A stretch of 32,000 bases of DNA from Oleispira antarctica RB-8 (GTDB lineage: Bacteria > Pseudomonadota > Gammaproteobacteria > Pseudomonadales > Oceanobacteraceae), in NCBI GenBank assembly GCA_000967895.1, contig FO203512.1:3315531-3347530 (forward strand), given 5' to 3'. Below are positions 1-9,698 of the stretch, in pieces. The position numbers and the translations under genes were made by a program. How positions within the stretch are numbered: the first letter of the stretch is position 1; each line of letters starts with the position of its first letter. The notes under the pieces are model-generated. The model saw nothing but the letters and a program-made list of their open reading frames with translations. It was not told the origin of the DNA and did not search any database.

Positions 1-1273
1 ATACATTCACACCCCAGCCGAATAGCTGATCGGTTGTTACTTCTTTATTCAATGCCGCAATAATCACAACCAATAAACAAGGACGAAGCACCACACCCAT
101 GCTGCCAGACATAGCCGTTGCTGCGAGCGCTAATTGACGACGAGCACCAGCACGACGTAGTTCGTTATAAATTAAACCACCAATAGCTATGACAAAAATA
201 CCGGAAGCACCCGTATATGCCGTTGGTAATGCGGCTATCACCACCACCACCACCGCTAACATTTCTGGTGGTAAATTCCATGGACGGAATATATTGAATA
301 CCGCTTGAGCCATCTGAGTACGCTTAACCAGCATACCGATCCAAACGTACAAACCTACGTTCAAAAATAGCTGTGATAATTCCATCATCTGGTTTAAATA
401 AATACCAATGCCAGCCATGTGACCATTCGATATGAAGTAAGTACCTGAAATAATACACATGGTGGCATACAGTGGAATAGCCAACTGCGCCTTTAAGAAG
501 CTACCACCCGGCTTGGCATCTTTTGGCACAACAATAAATTGATAAACGCTTAATAAGAAGATGACTGCAAAACCTAAAATCCATAAATAATGCAATAAGC
601 CATGTTCGGAACTGACGACAACACCCGCGTTAAAAACAACTTCTTTAAAACTGTAAACCGAGAAGAATAAAATACCGCTAGCAATCATCTGAGAAAATGA
701 CGCTACGCGATAATCCATCACGGTTTCCATTGGACGCAAGGCTATGTGATGACGTCTAAATAACGCCGTCATGCCACAGATAAGCACCAATACCGCAAGC
801 ATAATGCGCTGTGCATGCAAACCGAATTCGCCAAAGTCTGCAACCGCAAGTTCTACCGCACGAAAAGCTCTTACTGCAGGAGTAATACGATCGACTGTTT
901 GCGCATACGTTTGATGCTTCGTTTCACAAACAACTTGAGCATTCACCAAAGACTGACGCAATACAGCATCATCGATCGGTTCAGGCTCTTCATCAAATAA
1001 GTCCCACTCATCCTCATCCGCAGGCGCTGCATTTTCAGCAATCAAGCGTGTAAGCTGACCATCGATATCTCCATCTATTTCGCAACTAGGCTGAATAGGA
1101 TCAGAACGCAGCTGGAAATAGCCATCCCATACATTTTCACCCAACTTTAATAGTTGGGCATGGGTGGCATGACTGGTATTTAAAAGTATGACAAAAATTA
1201 AAACCAAAAAAGCAGGCATTGCTGCCAGCCATTCAAAGCCAGTTCGATTCGCCAAGCGAAGAGTCTGGGTCAT
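1..1273 (-). CDS. TRAP-type transporter permease (DctQ-like plus DctM-like regions apparently in one chain), C-terminus beyond left window edge
   Basis: Manual reverse-strand translation from the ATG at 1273 is open to the window edge and absent from the ORF track for lack of a stop: MTQTLRLANRTGFEWLAAMPAFLVLIFVILLNT...SGTYFISNGHMAGIGIYLNQMMELSQLFLNVGLYVWIGMLVKRTQMAQAVFNIFRPWNLPPEMLAVVVVVIAALPTAYTGASGIFVIAIGGLIYNELRRAGARRQLALAATAMSGSMG. Multiple TM segments and a DctM-like TGASG..VIAIGG region. Confidence 0.75.
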   Translation of the reverse strand, partial: MTQTLRLANRTGFEWLAAMPAFLVLIFVILLNTSHATHAQLLKLGENVWDGYFQLRSDPIQPSCEIDGDIDGQLTRLIAENAAPADEDEWDLFDEEPEPIDDAVLRQSLVNAQVVCETKHQTYAQTVDRITPAVRAFRAVELAVADFGEFGLHAQRIMLAVLVLICGMTALFRRHHIALRPMETVMDYRVASFSQMIASGILFFSVYSFKEVVFNAGVVVSSEHGLLHYLWILGFAVIFLLSVYQFIVVPKDAKPGGSFLKAQLAIPLYATMCIISGTYFISNGHMAGIGIYLNQMMELSQLFLNVGLYVWIGMLVKRTQMAQAVFNIFRPWNLPPEMLAVVVVVIAALPTAYTGASGIFVIAIGGLIYNELRRAGARRQLALAATAMSGSMGVVLRPCLLVVIIAALNKEVTTDQLFGWGVNV

Positions 1274-1334
1274 GATAGGTACCTATGTTCGAGTATTACT
1301 TTTTATATTTATTATAGAAATTTATTATTGTTTT

Positions 1335-2339
1335 CTATTCTAGTTTTTCAACACATTCCGCCGCTACTGGGTTGTTTTTACAACGCAGTTTACGCATCAG
1401 CTTCAACATTTTTCCATCATAAACACCTTCATCACGTAATTTAATACGTACATCACGCAACATACTGGTGTACTGCGTTGTAGCATCCGCTGATAGGTCC
1501 ATCCAATACTTAGGATCAATTTCTTGCGTTGCTTTTTCAACAACCTCATTGACCTTATCAAAAAAGCTGGCAACTTTAGCTCGTGATTTTTGACCAAACC
1601 CTTTTGGAAATTTATCAGCACGAATAATGATTTGAAAATCCATATACGCTAATACGAAGCGTAAAACACCTCCATTTTCTTCCAAACCTTTATACAATTC
1701 TAAAGGTTTGTAGGCCACGGTCGGTGCGTAGGCAACATCCACACTGCCATTATTAAACTTACCAGAAAAATTAGCTGAATTTGAAGGCACCATGGAAGCA
1801 CCAATATGATTCACCAAGAAGATAGAAGGCGCATCATAATCGATCGTTGCGATACGCTTACCCGATAATTCTTCTAACGTATCAATTGTTCTGTCACGAG
1901 TGAATAAGTAGATAGGTCCTGCTGGCATAATACCAGCAATCTCATATTGACCTTCAACCATATACTTAGCCGCTTTAGGACTGGTAATCATGGTTAATAA
2001 CGAACGTAACATTGCCTCATCAGGGATTGCACCAATCGCACCCACTGTTGCCGAAAATTTATTGAACGGACGTGCACGGGCACCTGTTACTAGCACAGCG
2101 TCACACTGGCCCGCTTTAAAATCGTCAAGCGCAATTTTTTCATCCGTATAGGCACGAGGTTCTACATCAGCACCCCATCCAAGCGCCTCTGTACGATAAT
2201 CCGTCATGGTATTGAACAAGGGACCATTAGCGCCGAGCGGGTCAAATACACAAATGCTCAGTTTTGGTAACTCATTTAGCGGTGTTTGAGCCAGTGCCAA
2301 AAATGGCAACATCAAGACAGACAGCAATAATGCACGCAT
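1335..2339 (-). CDS. Putative periplasmic solute-binding protein of the TRAP-like system
   Basis: 334 aa ORF with signal peptide (MRALLLSVLMLPFLALAQ), periplasmic-binding-like body, directly between the permease and a lipoprotein on the same strand. Confidence 0.7.
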   Translation of the reverse strand: MRALLLSVLMLPFLALAQTPLNELPKLSICVFDPLGANGPLFNTMTDYRTEALGWGADVEPRAYTDEKIALDDFKAGQCDAVLVTGARARPFNKFSATVGAIGAIPDEAMLRSLLTMITSPKAAKYMVEGQYEIAGIMPAGPIYLFTRDRTIDTLEELSGKRIATIDYDAPSIFLVNHIGASMVPSNSANFSGKFNNGSVDVAYAPTVAYKPLELYKGLEENGGVLRFVLAYMDFQIIIRADKFPKGFGQKSRAKVASFFDKVNEVVEKATQEIDPKYWMDLSADATTQYTSMLRDVRIKLRDEGVYDGKMLKLMRKLRCKNNPVAAECVEKLE

Positions 2340-2340
2340 A

Positions 2341-3351
2341 TTAATCTCCTAACAAATCGTTAATATCTAAAGCTTCTTCTGCTGGCGATGCATCATCCCA
2401 GAAAGTCCCTAGGCCACCAATGGGAGTACGACTTCCTGTGGCTTCTGTCCATAAACGGTCAGATACTGCTAAAATTTGCTGGGTAGCGACTATATCAAGC
2501 ATGCGATATTGTGCATTAGAAGGTGTAGTTTTCACTGACTGGGCATGGCGACGAATGGCATCACGTAAACGCTCTTCATTACCCGAACCATCAGCAATAA
2601 CGACTTCAACCGCTTGCGCTAAACGAACACCTGCGTCACCCGCTAGGTCGCTGGCATCGGCCAATTCTTGCCAAGGATCAACGCCATCAGGTGCATTGTC
2701 AGGCATCATCGTCCAAACGGCCGCTTGCATCGCTTTTGGAACACCCCACCAGCGCTTAGCATCTAGACACTGACTACCACGAACAGATTTCATAGCGATA
2801 TCTTTTGGCACACCGACTTCACCTTGTCCGCGCACATCACTCATCACGGCTTGTAAGCCACTCACAAGACCTAGCATCCAGAAAAACTCATCTTCTTCGT
2901 CAAGATCAGGACATTCATTCCCCGGCTCACCAAACTCAGCCACTAAGTGCTTATAGCCTTTGTATTGACGATTTGCGGCGAGAGCAAATAAACGCTTTTG
3001 ACGAATACGAGCATCTTTTGCTTCACCGATATTTTGTGCTTTATAGGCACGAAGATAGGTTAAGCCTTCTTCGTTAGCTTTTGCTTCAGCACAAGCGCCC
3101 GCTTGCATGTACATAGAGGTTGCTAGGCGATCAGGAGACCAAGTTAATTCGGTAAAAGATAAGAGCATTGGCGTCATACTCTCACTCATTGCACAACCCA
3201 TTTCCGTATCATCAGTCTTCATAACATACGGCATGGCATAGTCTTCAGCATAATCATAAGCAAACCAACCGGTTGTTGTATAAATAGAACTACAACCTGA
3301 CATGGTTATTAGAATTAGTGCCGCAATGGCAGAGCGAATGCTTAGGTACAT
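2341..3351 (-). CDS. Lipoprotein, TRAP transporter TatT component-like
   Basis: 336 aa ORF with lipobox (ITMSGC), helical repeat-rich composition; 1 nt upstream of the binding-protein gene. Confidence 0.55.
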   Translation of the reverse strand: MYLSIRSAIAALILITMSGCSSIYTTTGWFAYDYAEDYAMPYVMKTDDTEMGCAMSESMTPMLLSFTELTWSPDRLATSMYMQAGACAEAKANEEGLTYLRAYKAQNIGEAKDARIRQKRLFALAANRQYKGYKHLVAEFGEPGNECPDLDEEDEFFWMLGLVSGLQAVMSDVRGQGEVGVPKDIAMKSVRGSQCLDAKRWWGVPKAMQAAVWTMMPDNAPDGVDPWQELADASDLAGDAGVRLAQAVEVVIADGSGNEERLRDAIRRHAQSVKTTPSNAQYRMLDIVATQQILAVSDRLWTEATGSRTPIGGLGTFWDDASPAEEALDINDLLGD

Positions 3352-3538
3352 TTCAATCCCCTGTAATGTAATTTTTTGTTATTTTGGCCTGCGATAATAC
3401 AGTAATTAATGACCATTACTAGCTTTTAGCAGGCTCTTAATTCAAGGTGATTTTAGTGAAAAATATAATAAATCAAACAGATGATCAGCAAAGGTCTTTT
3501 ACTGCCATTTAGGCAGAGTCTAAAAACCTCCACAGACC

Positions 3539-4000
3539 TTATTTAACTTCAATACGCTGCCAGGTTTGTGAGCGACCAAACAAAGAGATGCCAACATAGC
3601 CTCGAACTTCAAGCTCATTCGGGTCATCAGAAATCGTGATATTGCTGGTGTAAACAGTGCCTGATTCAGGATCTAATATTTGTCCATTTTCCCACTCGCC
3701 TTTTCCCGTACGCTCGACGCCCCAAATAAACTGCATACCTTCTATTGGCTGATCTTTCTTGTCGCCTTCGCACTGATCACACAGATCACTAGCCGCATCT
3801 TTTTTTAATACTTTTTTGATTATGCCAACCATAGTGCCGTCTTCTGCAAGCGAGAGTACAACCAGACTTTTTATTTCACCAGTATCATCATCCACCGTAT
3901 GCCAACTACCTAATGCAGGGTCTTGAGCGTGCGCTGTATTAGCCAGAAAAAAGCTAAACATGAAACCAAATAATAGGGCTACGGTATGTATAAATTTCAT
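3539..4000 (-). CDS. DUF2147 domain-containing secreted protein
   Basis: Signal peptide followed by GSWHTVDDDTGEIKSLV...GTVYTSNITISDDPNELEVRGYVGISLFGRSQTWQR, typical DUF2147 pattern. Confidence 0.8.
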   Translation of the reverse strand: MKFIHTVALLFGFMFSFFLANTAHAQDPALGSWHTVDDDTGEIKSLVVLSLAEDGTMVGIIKKVLKKDAASDLCDQCEGDKKDQPIEGMQFIWGVERTGKGEWENGQILDPESGTVYTSNITISDDPNELEVRGYVGISLFGRSQTWQRIEVK

Positions 4001-4245
4001 GATTTTATCTCTGTAAGGTGTGTTATTTTTTTTGTAAGACTTCTAGTTTACCTTGCTTATCAAGGGATACAAATAGAGATACCGAAATACAATGACACCT
4101 GAGCTAATATCTCTCAATAAACACTTGGCAATGATGCCAAATCGAGGCAGACTCACATTGATTGGGTCTTAATGGAATAAGTGCACCAACGGGCTTTTTC
4201 TGTTTAATGCGTTTTCTCATACTTCAGGCTTAGAAGGTATTTTGC

Positions 4246-5625
4246 ATGACAGCACAACAAGCAACACTTAAGCTTTACGTTCTCGATACTAATGTCCTAA
4301 TACACGATCCCAGTGCCATTCTAAAATTTCAAGAACATCAGGTCGTCATCCCCATGATCGTTCTAGAGGAACTCGATAAATTAAAAATGGGGAAGCAATC
4401 CATTGCGGCCGATTGCCGTGAAGCAATTCGCCAAATTGATCGTATTATTGGTGATGCAACGCCGGTAGAAATTGCCAAAGGCGTACCGATTCTGCGAGAT
4501 AATGAAGAGGTCCAAGGCACCCTTTCTATTCTGCTCGATAGCTTTAAAGAAACGTCTCCCATCTTACCCACCAACCTTAACGATAACAAAATAATAAACA
4601 GCCTCGTTAAACTGCAGCAGAATCACCCCAAGCGCGATGTTATTCTAATTACTAAAGACATTAATATGCGGCTGAAAGCCAAAGGTTGTGGCATCTCGGC
4701 ACAAGATTATCAAAACGATCAACTGTTATCCGATATCGATTTGTTAGAACAAGGCTTTCATGCCTTAAAAGGTTCGTTCTGGCAGGAGCAGCATCAAGTA
4801 GAAACATTCCATGATGCCACCGGAACTTATCACAAGGTGTTGAAAGAAGTATTACCTGAAAACGTACACATCAATCACTTCATAATTGATGAACAAGAAT
4901 TTGTCGGGCGCATCACCACCATTAATGATGAAACCGTCACTCTCATTGATTTGCCCAAAGAACTCTTAATGCAGCAACAGGCATGGGGCTTAAAACCTCA
5001 AAATATTATTCAAGCACTTGCTCTTAATTTACTGCTTGATCCCAACATTCATCTAGTGAGCCTTACAGGACAAGCAGGCTCAGGAAAAACCATCCTAGCA
5101 CTCGCCGCCGCAATTGAAATGACCGTCGCCAATAAACAGTTTAAACGTATTATTGCGACTCGAAGTACACGCGGTTTAGATGAAGACATTGGTTATTTAC
5201 CTGGCACAGAAGCCGAGAAAATGGAACCCTGGCTAGGCGCAATAACCGATAACTTAGAAGCTCTTCACAGCGATGACGAAAATGCCCCTAGCAGCGTAGA
5301 CTACATACTGCAGAAGGTTCCACTGCAGTTCAAATCGCTTAATTACATTCGTGGTCGTAGCTTCCAGCAAAGCCTAATTCTTATCGACGAGTGCCAAAAC
5401 CTAACACCTCACCAGATTAAAACCATTATCACCCGCGCAGGGGCTGGTAGTAAGGTTATCTGCCTGGGAAATCTCTCCCAAATTGATACACCCTATTTAA
5501 GCCCTATCAGCACAGGCCTTACGTATCTGGTCGAGCGATTTAAAGATTTTGAGCATGGTGGGACAATTACACTGCAAGGTTCTCCACGCTCTATCCTTGC
5601 GGAATACGCTGAGAACCATTTATAG
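4246..5625 (+). CDS. PhoH family ATPase with N-terminal PIN domain
   Basis: YVLDTNVLIHDPSAI (PIN), later SLTGQAGSGKTILALAAA (Walker A) and LILIDECQNLTPHQIKTIITRAG (Walker B), SQIDTPYLSP. Confidence 0.92.
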   Translation: MTAQQATLKLYVLDTNVLIHDPSAILKFQEHQVVIPMIVLEELDKLKMGKQSIAADCREAIRQIDRIIGDATPVEIAKGVPILRDNEEVQGTLSILLDSFKETSPILPTNLNDNKIINSLVKLQQNHPKRDVILITKDINMRLKAKGCGISAQDYQNDQLLSDIDLLEQGFHALKGSFWQEQHQVETFHDATGTYHKVLKEVLPENVHINHFIIDEQEFVGRITTINDETVTLIDLPKELLMQQQAWGLKPQNIIQALALNLLLDPNIHLVSLTGQAGSGKTILALAAAIEMTVANKQFKRIIATRSTRGLDEDIGYLPGTEAEKMEPWLGAITDNLEALHSDDENAPSSVDYILQKVPLQFKSLNYIRGRSFQQSLILIDECQNLTPHQIKTIITRAGAGSKVICLGNLSQIDTPYLSPISTGLTYLVERFKDFEHGGTITLQGSPRSILAEYAENHL

Positions 5626-5809
5626 CTCGTTTAAAAAATATCACTATTTTTAATCTCTTATCAGCGTTCATTCAGTCACCACAGAGTGAGTGAACGCTCA
5701 CATCCGGCATCTCTGACAGACTTCAACATTTGACGTTCTAAAAAGCGTCTACTATATAACTAAGACTAAATATAAATTCCGCCCACTCAGTACGATCAGG
5801 GACTACATA

Positions 5810-6226
5810 ATGAATCGATTTTTATTTGCTAGCTTATTAACCGCTGCTGCTTTTCAACCGGCGATTGCCGCTGAGCAAATTTATGAACTGGAAGTGCAAA
5901 CCGATAGCAACTGGACCAGTATCGAAATTCGCGATGATGCCACATTCGTGAATGCGCCCCCAGGACAGAGTATGAATGTCACCGCAAAAGATGGCATAAA
6001 ATCGTATACGATCTCACCTAAGAAAGTTCACTTGCGCTCACGTACCCGCGGAGATGTGACGATGAATCTGTTTGTAAAATCACAAAATAACGTTTTGGGG
6101 ATGAACATCTGCAAAGGCTCACCGAGCAGCTATACCTTTATAAAATCTCAAGAAGCCAAACAAAAGAATGATGTGAAAGAAAAGGATTATTGTGAAACCG
6201 CCGCATTAGTTCTTCAGCTCTTTTAA
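5810..6226 (+). CDS. Hypothetical secreted protein
   Basis: 138 aa ORF with signal peptide (MNRFLFASLLTAAAFQPAIAAEQ); no recognised family. Confidence 0.6.
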   Translation: MNRFLFASLLTAAAFQPAIAAEQIYELEVQTDSNWTSIEIRDDATFVNAPPGQSMNVTAKDGIKSYTISPKKVHLRSRTRGDVTMNLFVKSQNNVLGMNICKGSPSSYTFIKSQEAKQKNDVKEKDYCETAALVLQLF

Positions 6227-6336
6227 TCGATTACCTGAACTGTCATTAAAAGAGGTAATCTGGCTACCTCTTTTTTCACTCCTCAAATACATAACTGCAA
6301 GTTCCCTCTCAATTCATATACTTTATAGACACTCAA

Positions 6337-6368
6337 AAAAAAGCAATACTCGTGAGTATTGCTTTTTT
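6337..6368. terminator. Bidirectional rho-independent terminator between convergent genes
   Basis: AAAAAAGCAATACTC-GT-GAGTATTGCTTTTTT perfect inverted repeat flanked by A/T tracts. Confidence 0.85.
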
Positions 6369-6395
6369 GCATTTTTGGCCGCCCCATTAATTTTC

Positions 6396-6725
6396 TTAAG
6401 CGGTCGGGGTAATATTTTTCACATTTTTGGCGGTGAAATAGGCAAAGCCCCCTTCTATATCTCCAACCTCTACTCGATGAGGTGACAAAGGTGAGTTTTT
6501 CAAGCTCGCGACATAAACGCCTTTTGATGTTATTAGGTTCTTATCTATGTCATTAAAATGTGGCTGTGAAAAAGCAAACGTTTGCCGCTCACACCCGCGC
6601 TCAAGAGTCATGACCAATTGAGCATCTGCTAACTCATTTGCCCGAAAGAAATTGACATAAGTAACCTGATACTCATCTTCGAACTCGTATAAATAACGAC
6701 CAACCTGCTGACGACTGATGCTCAT
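6396..6725 (-). CDS. Hypothetical protein
   Basis: 109 aa ORF ending beside a convergent terminator; no recognised family. Confidence 0.55.
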   Translation of the reverse strand: MSISRQQVGRYLYEFEDEYQVTYVNFFRANELADAQLVMTLERGCERQTFAFSQPHFNDIDKNLITSKGVYVASLKNSPLSPHRVEVGDIEGGFAYFTAKNVKNITPTA

Positions 6726-7110
6726 ATGACTGAACTACCTATGTATAAACAAATGATTCACTATAAGTATTAGCTAGGATATCTCTGCTTTTCAAATCAA
6801 AATAACAGAAAACTACAGACCTTTTTTACGCGTCATTTTTCAGTTGGTTTTTACTATATTTTTTCCTTATTTACAGTCATTCTATTGTCACTATGTTACT
6901 TTTCGAGTGATGCATTTTAAATTAAGCCCTACATACTGATGAATAATATTTTTCGCTAAACCGCTGATTTAAAGTAAGTTTTTCCAGCTTAGTCTATTAA
7001 GTCACGAAAAATACACATATGGACTAATCCAATATGACGACTTAGAACGTATCTAGATTAACGAATATAAATGTATACTCTACTCACTTGAATAAGCCGA
7101 AATTGACGAT

Positions 7111-7503
7111 ATGAACGATAAAATTGCCAACATATTATTAGCCCACGGAAGCAGAGATCCTCAGTGGCAACGTCCATTTAATGACATGACTCATGCGATT
7201 AAACAACATGATGCGGCTTCGCTAACAGGGTCATCTCAACCTGTCGTTGTCGAACTCGCTTATATGGAGCTGTGTGAGCCTAGCCTTGAGCAAATGTGTG
7301 AACAACTATCACAACAGGGCTTTAATTTAATCAATGTTTATCCCGTTTTTTTTGCTGCTGGTACACATTTACGTATTGATGTCCCCAAGCAACTGAAAGC
7401 CATTGAAGCTGAACTAGGTTTGAAAACGAAATTACACCCTCCGGTAGGTCAAGAAAAAGCGGTACAGGATGCTATTACTCAAGTCATTCTGAAAAGACTT
7501 TAA
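7111..7503 (+). CDS. CbiX/SirB-type sirohydrochlorin chelatase family protein (short form)
   Basis: NILLAHGSRDPQWQRPF ... VVELAYMELCEPSLEQ ... INVYPVFFAAGTHLRIDVPKQL: typical CbiX motifs; 130 aa. Confidence 0.85.
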   Translation: MNDKIANILLAHGSRDPQWQRPFNDMTHAIKQHDAASLTGSSQPVVVELAYMELCEPSLEQMCEQLSQQGFNLINVYPVFFAAGTHLRIDVPKQLKAIEAELGLKTKLHPPVGQEKAVQDAITQVILKRL

Positions 7504-7620
7504 ATGTTCACTATGCGAGCCTTTCAGTATTCAGCTAACCTATATAATCGTTGATTTATTACAACAATATAGATTAACTGAGAAACAAAAAATTAGAATG
7601 ACTTTCGCCAAGGACTGCCT

Positions 7621-9657
7621 ATGTCTCGCTTATTCGTCAAAGCCACAAGTTTAGCGGCAATTTGCCTTACCACATCCTTTAGCTACGCCGATAATGAAGC
7701 GGTACTGGATAACATTCGTATCACTGCCAAAGATGATCCCCTAACCGAGATATCGACTAAGAAGCTATTACGGATGCCGGGGGCCGGTAATGACCCCCTG
7801 AGAGCCATAGAAGCACTACCAGGGGTCACATTTACGACGGGTCGACGAGCGGAACCTGCAGTACGCGGATCGTCACCTGACGATAATCGATACATCATCG
7901 ATTTCATGCCTGTCTTAAACATTTTCCATTTTGATGGCTCTAGCTTGTTAAACGATAATGTTATCGAAAACTTTACGCTAGAAGCCGCTGCTTTTGATGC
8001 ACAGTACAACGATGCAACAGGGGCGGTCATTGAAGCGAATTCACGAGCACCATATACCGATCGAAAACAAGCGGTTATCGATTTCAGTTTATTAAAAGCC
8101 GGCATATTATTAGAGACCCCTATTACCGAAAACTCAGCAGCCTACTTGTCTGTTAGACAAAGTCTTATTCACCTTTATATTGAAAATCTACTGGATGACG
8201 ATGATTTTCAATTCACCACCGTGCCTGAATACTATGATTACCAAGCAAAATATCAGATACAACTATCGGGTGGCGATACATTAAGCATTCAAGCATTAGG
8301 AACACGAGACAAAGCGGGTTTATTATTCGATGACGAGTCCGACCAAATTAAGCGCGAACCAGGCCTAGCAGGCGGTATAAAATTTAATTCGCACTTTCAC
8401 TCTCAAGGCATTGTCTTAGAAAATACCTTATCAGAAACCACACAGCTCAAAACGGGTTTCTCACATATGCTGAGTGATTTCTCGTTAGGATTAGGGCTAG
8501 ACAATAACCTTAAAGCAACCTCCAATGACTATACACTTCGCACTCACCTCAGCACGGATATCAACCTAAATCATACCTTGCGTACGGGTATTGATATTTT
8601 TGAACGCCAAATTGATTTTAAGGGCGACTTCACCGCACCACCTTGCGATCTTACATCCAAACCTTACTGCCCTGTAAGTGATAGCCAAGAACGCATTGTG
8701 GAAAATGATAATCTGAAAATTTATAACTACGATGTATTTATTGCAGACGACTGGTTCGTCAGCCCAACTCTCACGCTAACCCCAGGTGTTTTATGGTCTT
8801 ACGATGATTATTCTGAGCAAACCTTCACCCAAGGTAAATTCAAGCTGCGCTGGGAATTTATCGATTACTGGTGGTTGAATACGGCTTGGGGCCAGTATCA
8901 CAAGTTCACTGATAATTTTGGCGAAGTCGCCAAAGGATTTGGCAACCCTGACCTCAGACAATCTACATCAGACCATTATACCCTAGGAGTTGAGCATCAA
9001 ATTGATGAGTCGACTCTGATTAAGCTAGACACCTATTACAAAACTTTTGGTGATCTTATTATTTCTCGCCAAGATAAAGATACCGTCTATCCAACACTGA
9101 CTGAAGATCAGTACCAAGCACTTCCTCGCTATACCAATGACGCCGACGGTGACGCTTATGGCTTTGAACTATTTATCAACAAATCCTTTAGTGAAGGTTG
9201 GTACGGCTGGTTATCCGCAGCGTACTCAGAAACTCGACGTCATAATAAAATAACAGGAGAAGATTTTAAGTATGCTTACGATCAACCTTGGATCATTAAC
9301 TTAGTCTCTAACCATGAGTTGAATGAAGACTGGACCATTGGATTTAAATGGCGCTATCAAAGTGGTCAGCTCATAACACCAATTATCGATACTAGATCAG
9401 TTACAAATCCCGATTATGTAATCCCTATCTATGGCGAGCTAAACTCTAAGCGCCTAGCCGACAGTCATAAACTCGACATCCGCCTAGACCGAAACTATCA
9501 ATATAAAAGCTGGAACATGGATTTATACGTCGAAGCCTTGAACGTGTATAACCAAGCAAACGTCACCAGCTATGAATACAACGCCGACTATACAGAGAAA
9601 GACGATGTTACCGGGCTTCCAACCATTATTTCCTTTGGTATAAAAGCGAATTTATAA
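7621..9657 (+). CDS. TonB-dependent receptor
   Basis: 678 aa; signal peptide; plug-domain pattern LRAIEALPGVTFTTGRRAEPAVRGSSPDDNRYIIDFMPV; many alternating beta strands; C-terminal ...IISFGIKANL. Confidence 0.88.
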   Translation: MSRLFVKATSLAAICLTTSFSYADNEAVLDNIRITAKDDPLTEISTKKLLRMPGAGNDPLRAIEALPGVTFTTGRRAEPAVRGSSPDDNRYIIDFMPVLNIFHFDGSSLLNDNVIENFTLEAAAFDAQYNDATGAVIEANSRAPYTDRKQAVIDFSLLKAGILLETPITENSAAYLSVRQSLIHLYIENLLDDDDFQFTTVPEYYDYQAKYQIQLSGGDTLSIQALGTRDKAGLLFDDESDQIKREPGLAGGIKFNSHFHSQGIVLENTLSETTQLKTGFSHMLSDFSLGLGLDNNLKATSNDYTLRTHLSTDINLNHTLRTGIDIFERQIDFKGDFTAPPCDLTSKPYCPVSDSQERIVENDNLKIYNYDVFIADDWFVSPTLTLTPGVLWSYDDYSEQTFTQGKFKLRWEFIDYWWLNTAWGQYHKFTDNFGEVAKGFGNPDLRQSTSDHYTLGVEHQIDESTLIKLDTYYKTFGDLIISRQDKDTVYPTLTEDQYQALPRYTNDADGDAYGFELFINKSFSEGWYGWLSAAYSETRRHNKITGEDFKYAYDQPWIINLVSNHELNEDWTIGFKWRYQSGQLITPIIDTRSVTNPDYVIPIYGELNSKRLADSHKLDIRLDRNYQYKSWNMDLYVEALNVYNQANVTSYEYNADYTEKDDVTGLPTIISFGIKANL

Positions 9658-9698
9658 TTCATTATGGTGAGGTCTCTAATTGCCTATAAAAGGTAAAC

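Noticed and set aside
2420-3077. Plus-strand ORFs (117 and 90 aa) opposite the TatT-like lipoprotein gene
   Set aside because: Antisense to a well-supported CDS, no recognisable domains, consistent with codon-bias mirror ORFs.
4246-5625. PIN + PhoH as a possible toxin-antitoxin or defence module
   Set aside because: PIN-PhoH fusion proteins are widespread housekeeping-type proteins; no small antitoxin gene or defence neighbours seen.
6726-7110. About 385-bp AT-rich intergenic region considered as a possible ncRNA or toxin-antitoxin locus
   Set aside because: Only a very short ORF (MTELPMYKQMIHYKY) and no convincing hairpin or repeat found by eye; probably an ordinary promoter region.
7683-8105. 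140 aa minus-strand ORF inside the TonB receptor gene
   Set aside because: Fully antisense to a convincing receptor plug domain; no domain signature.
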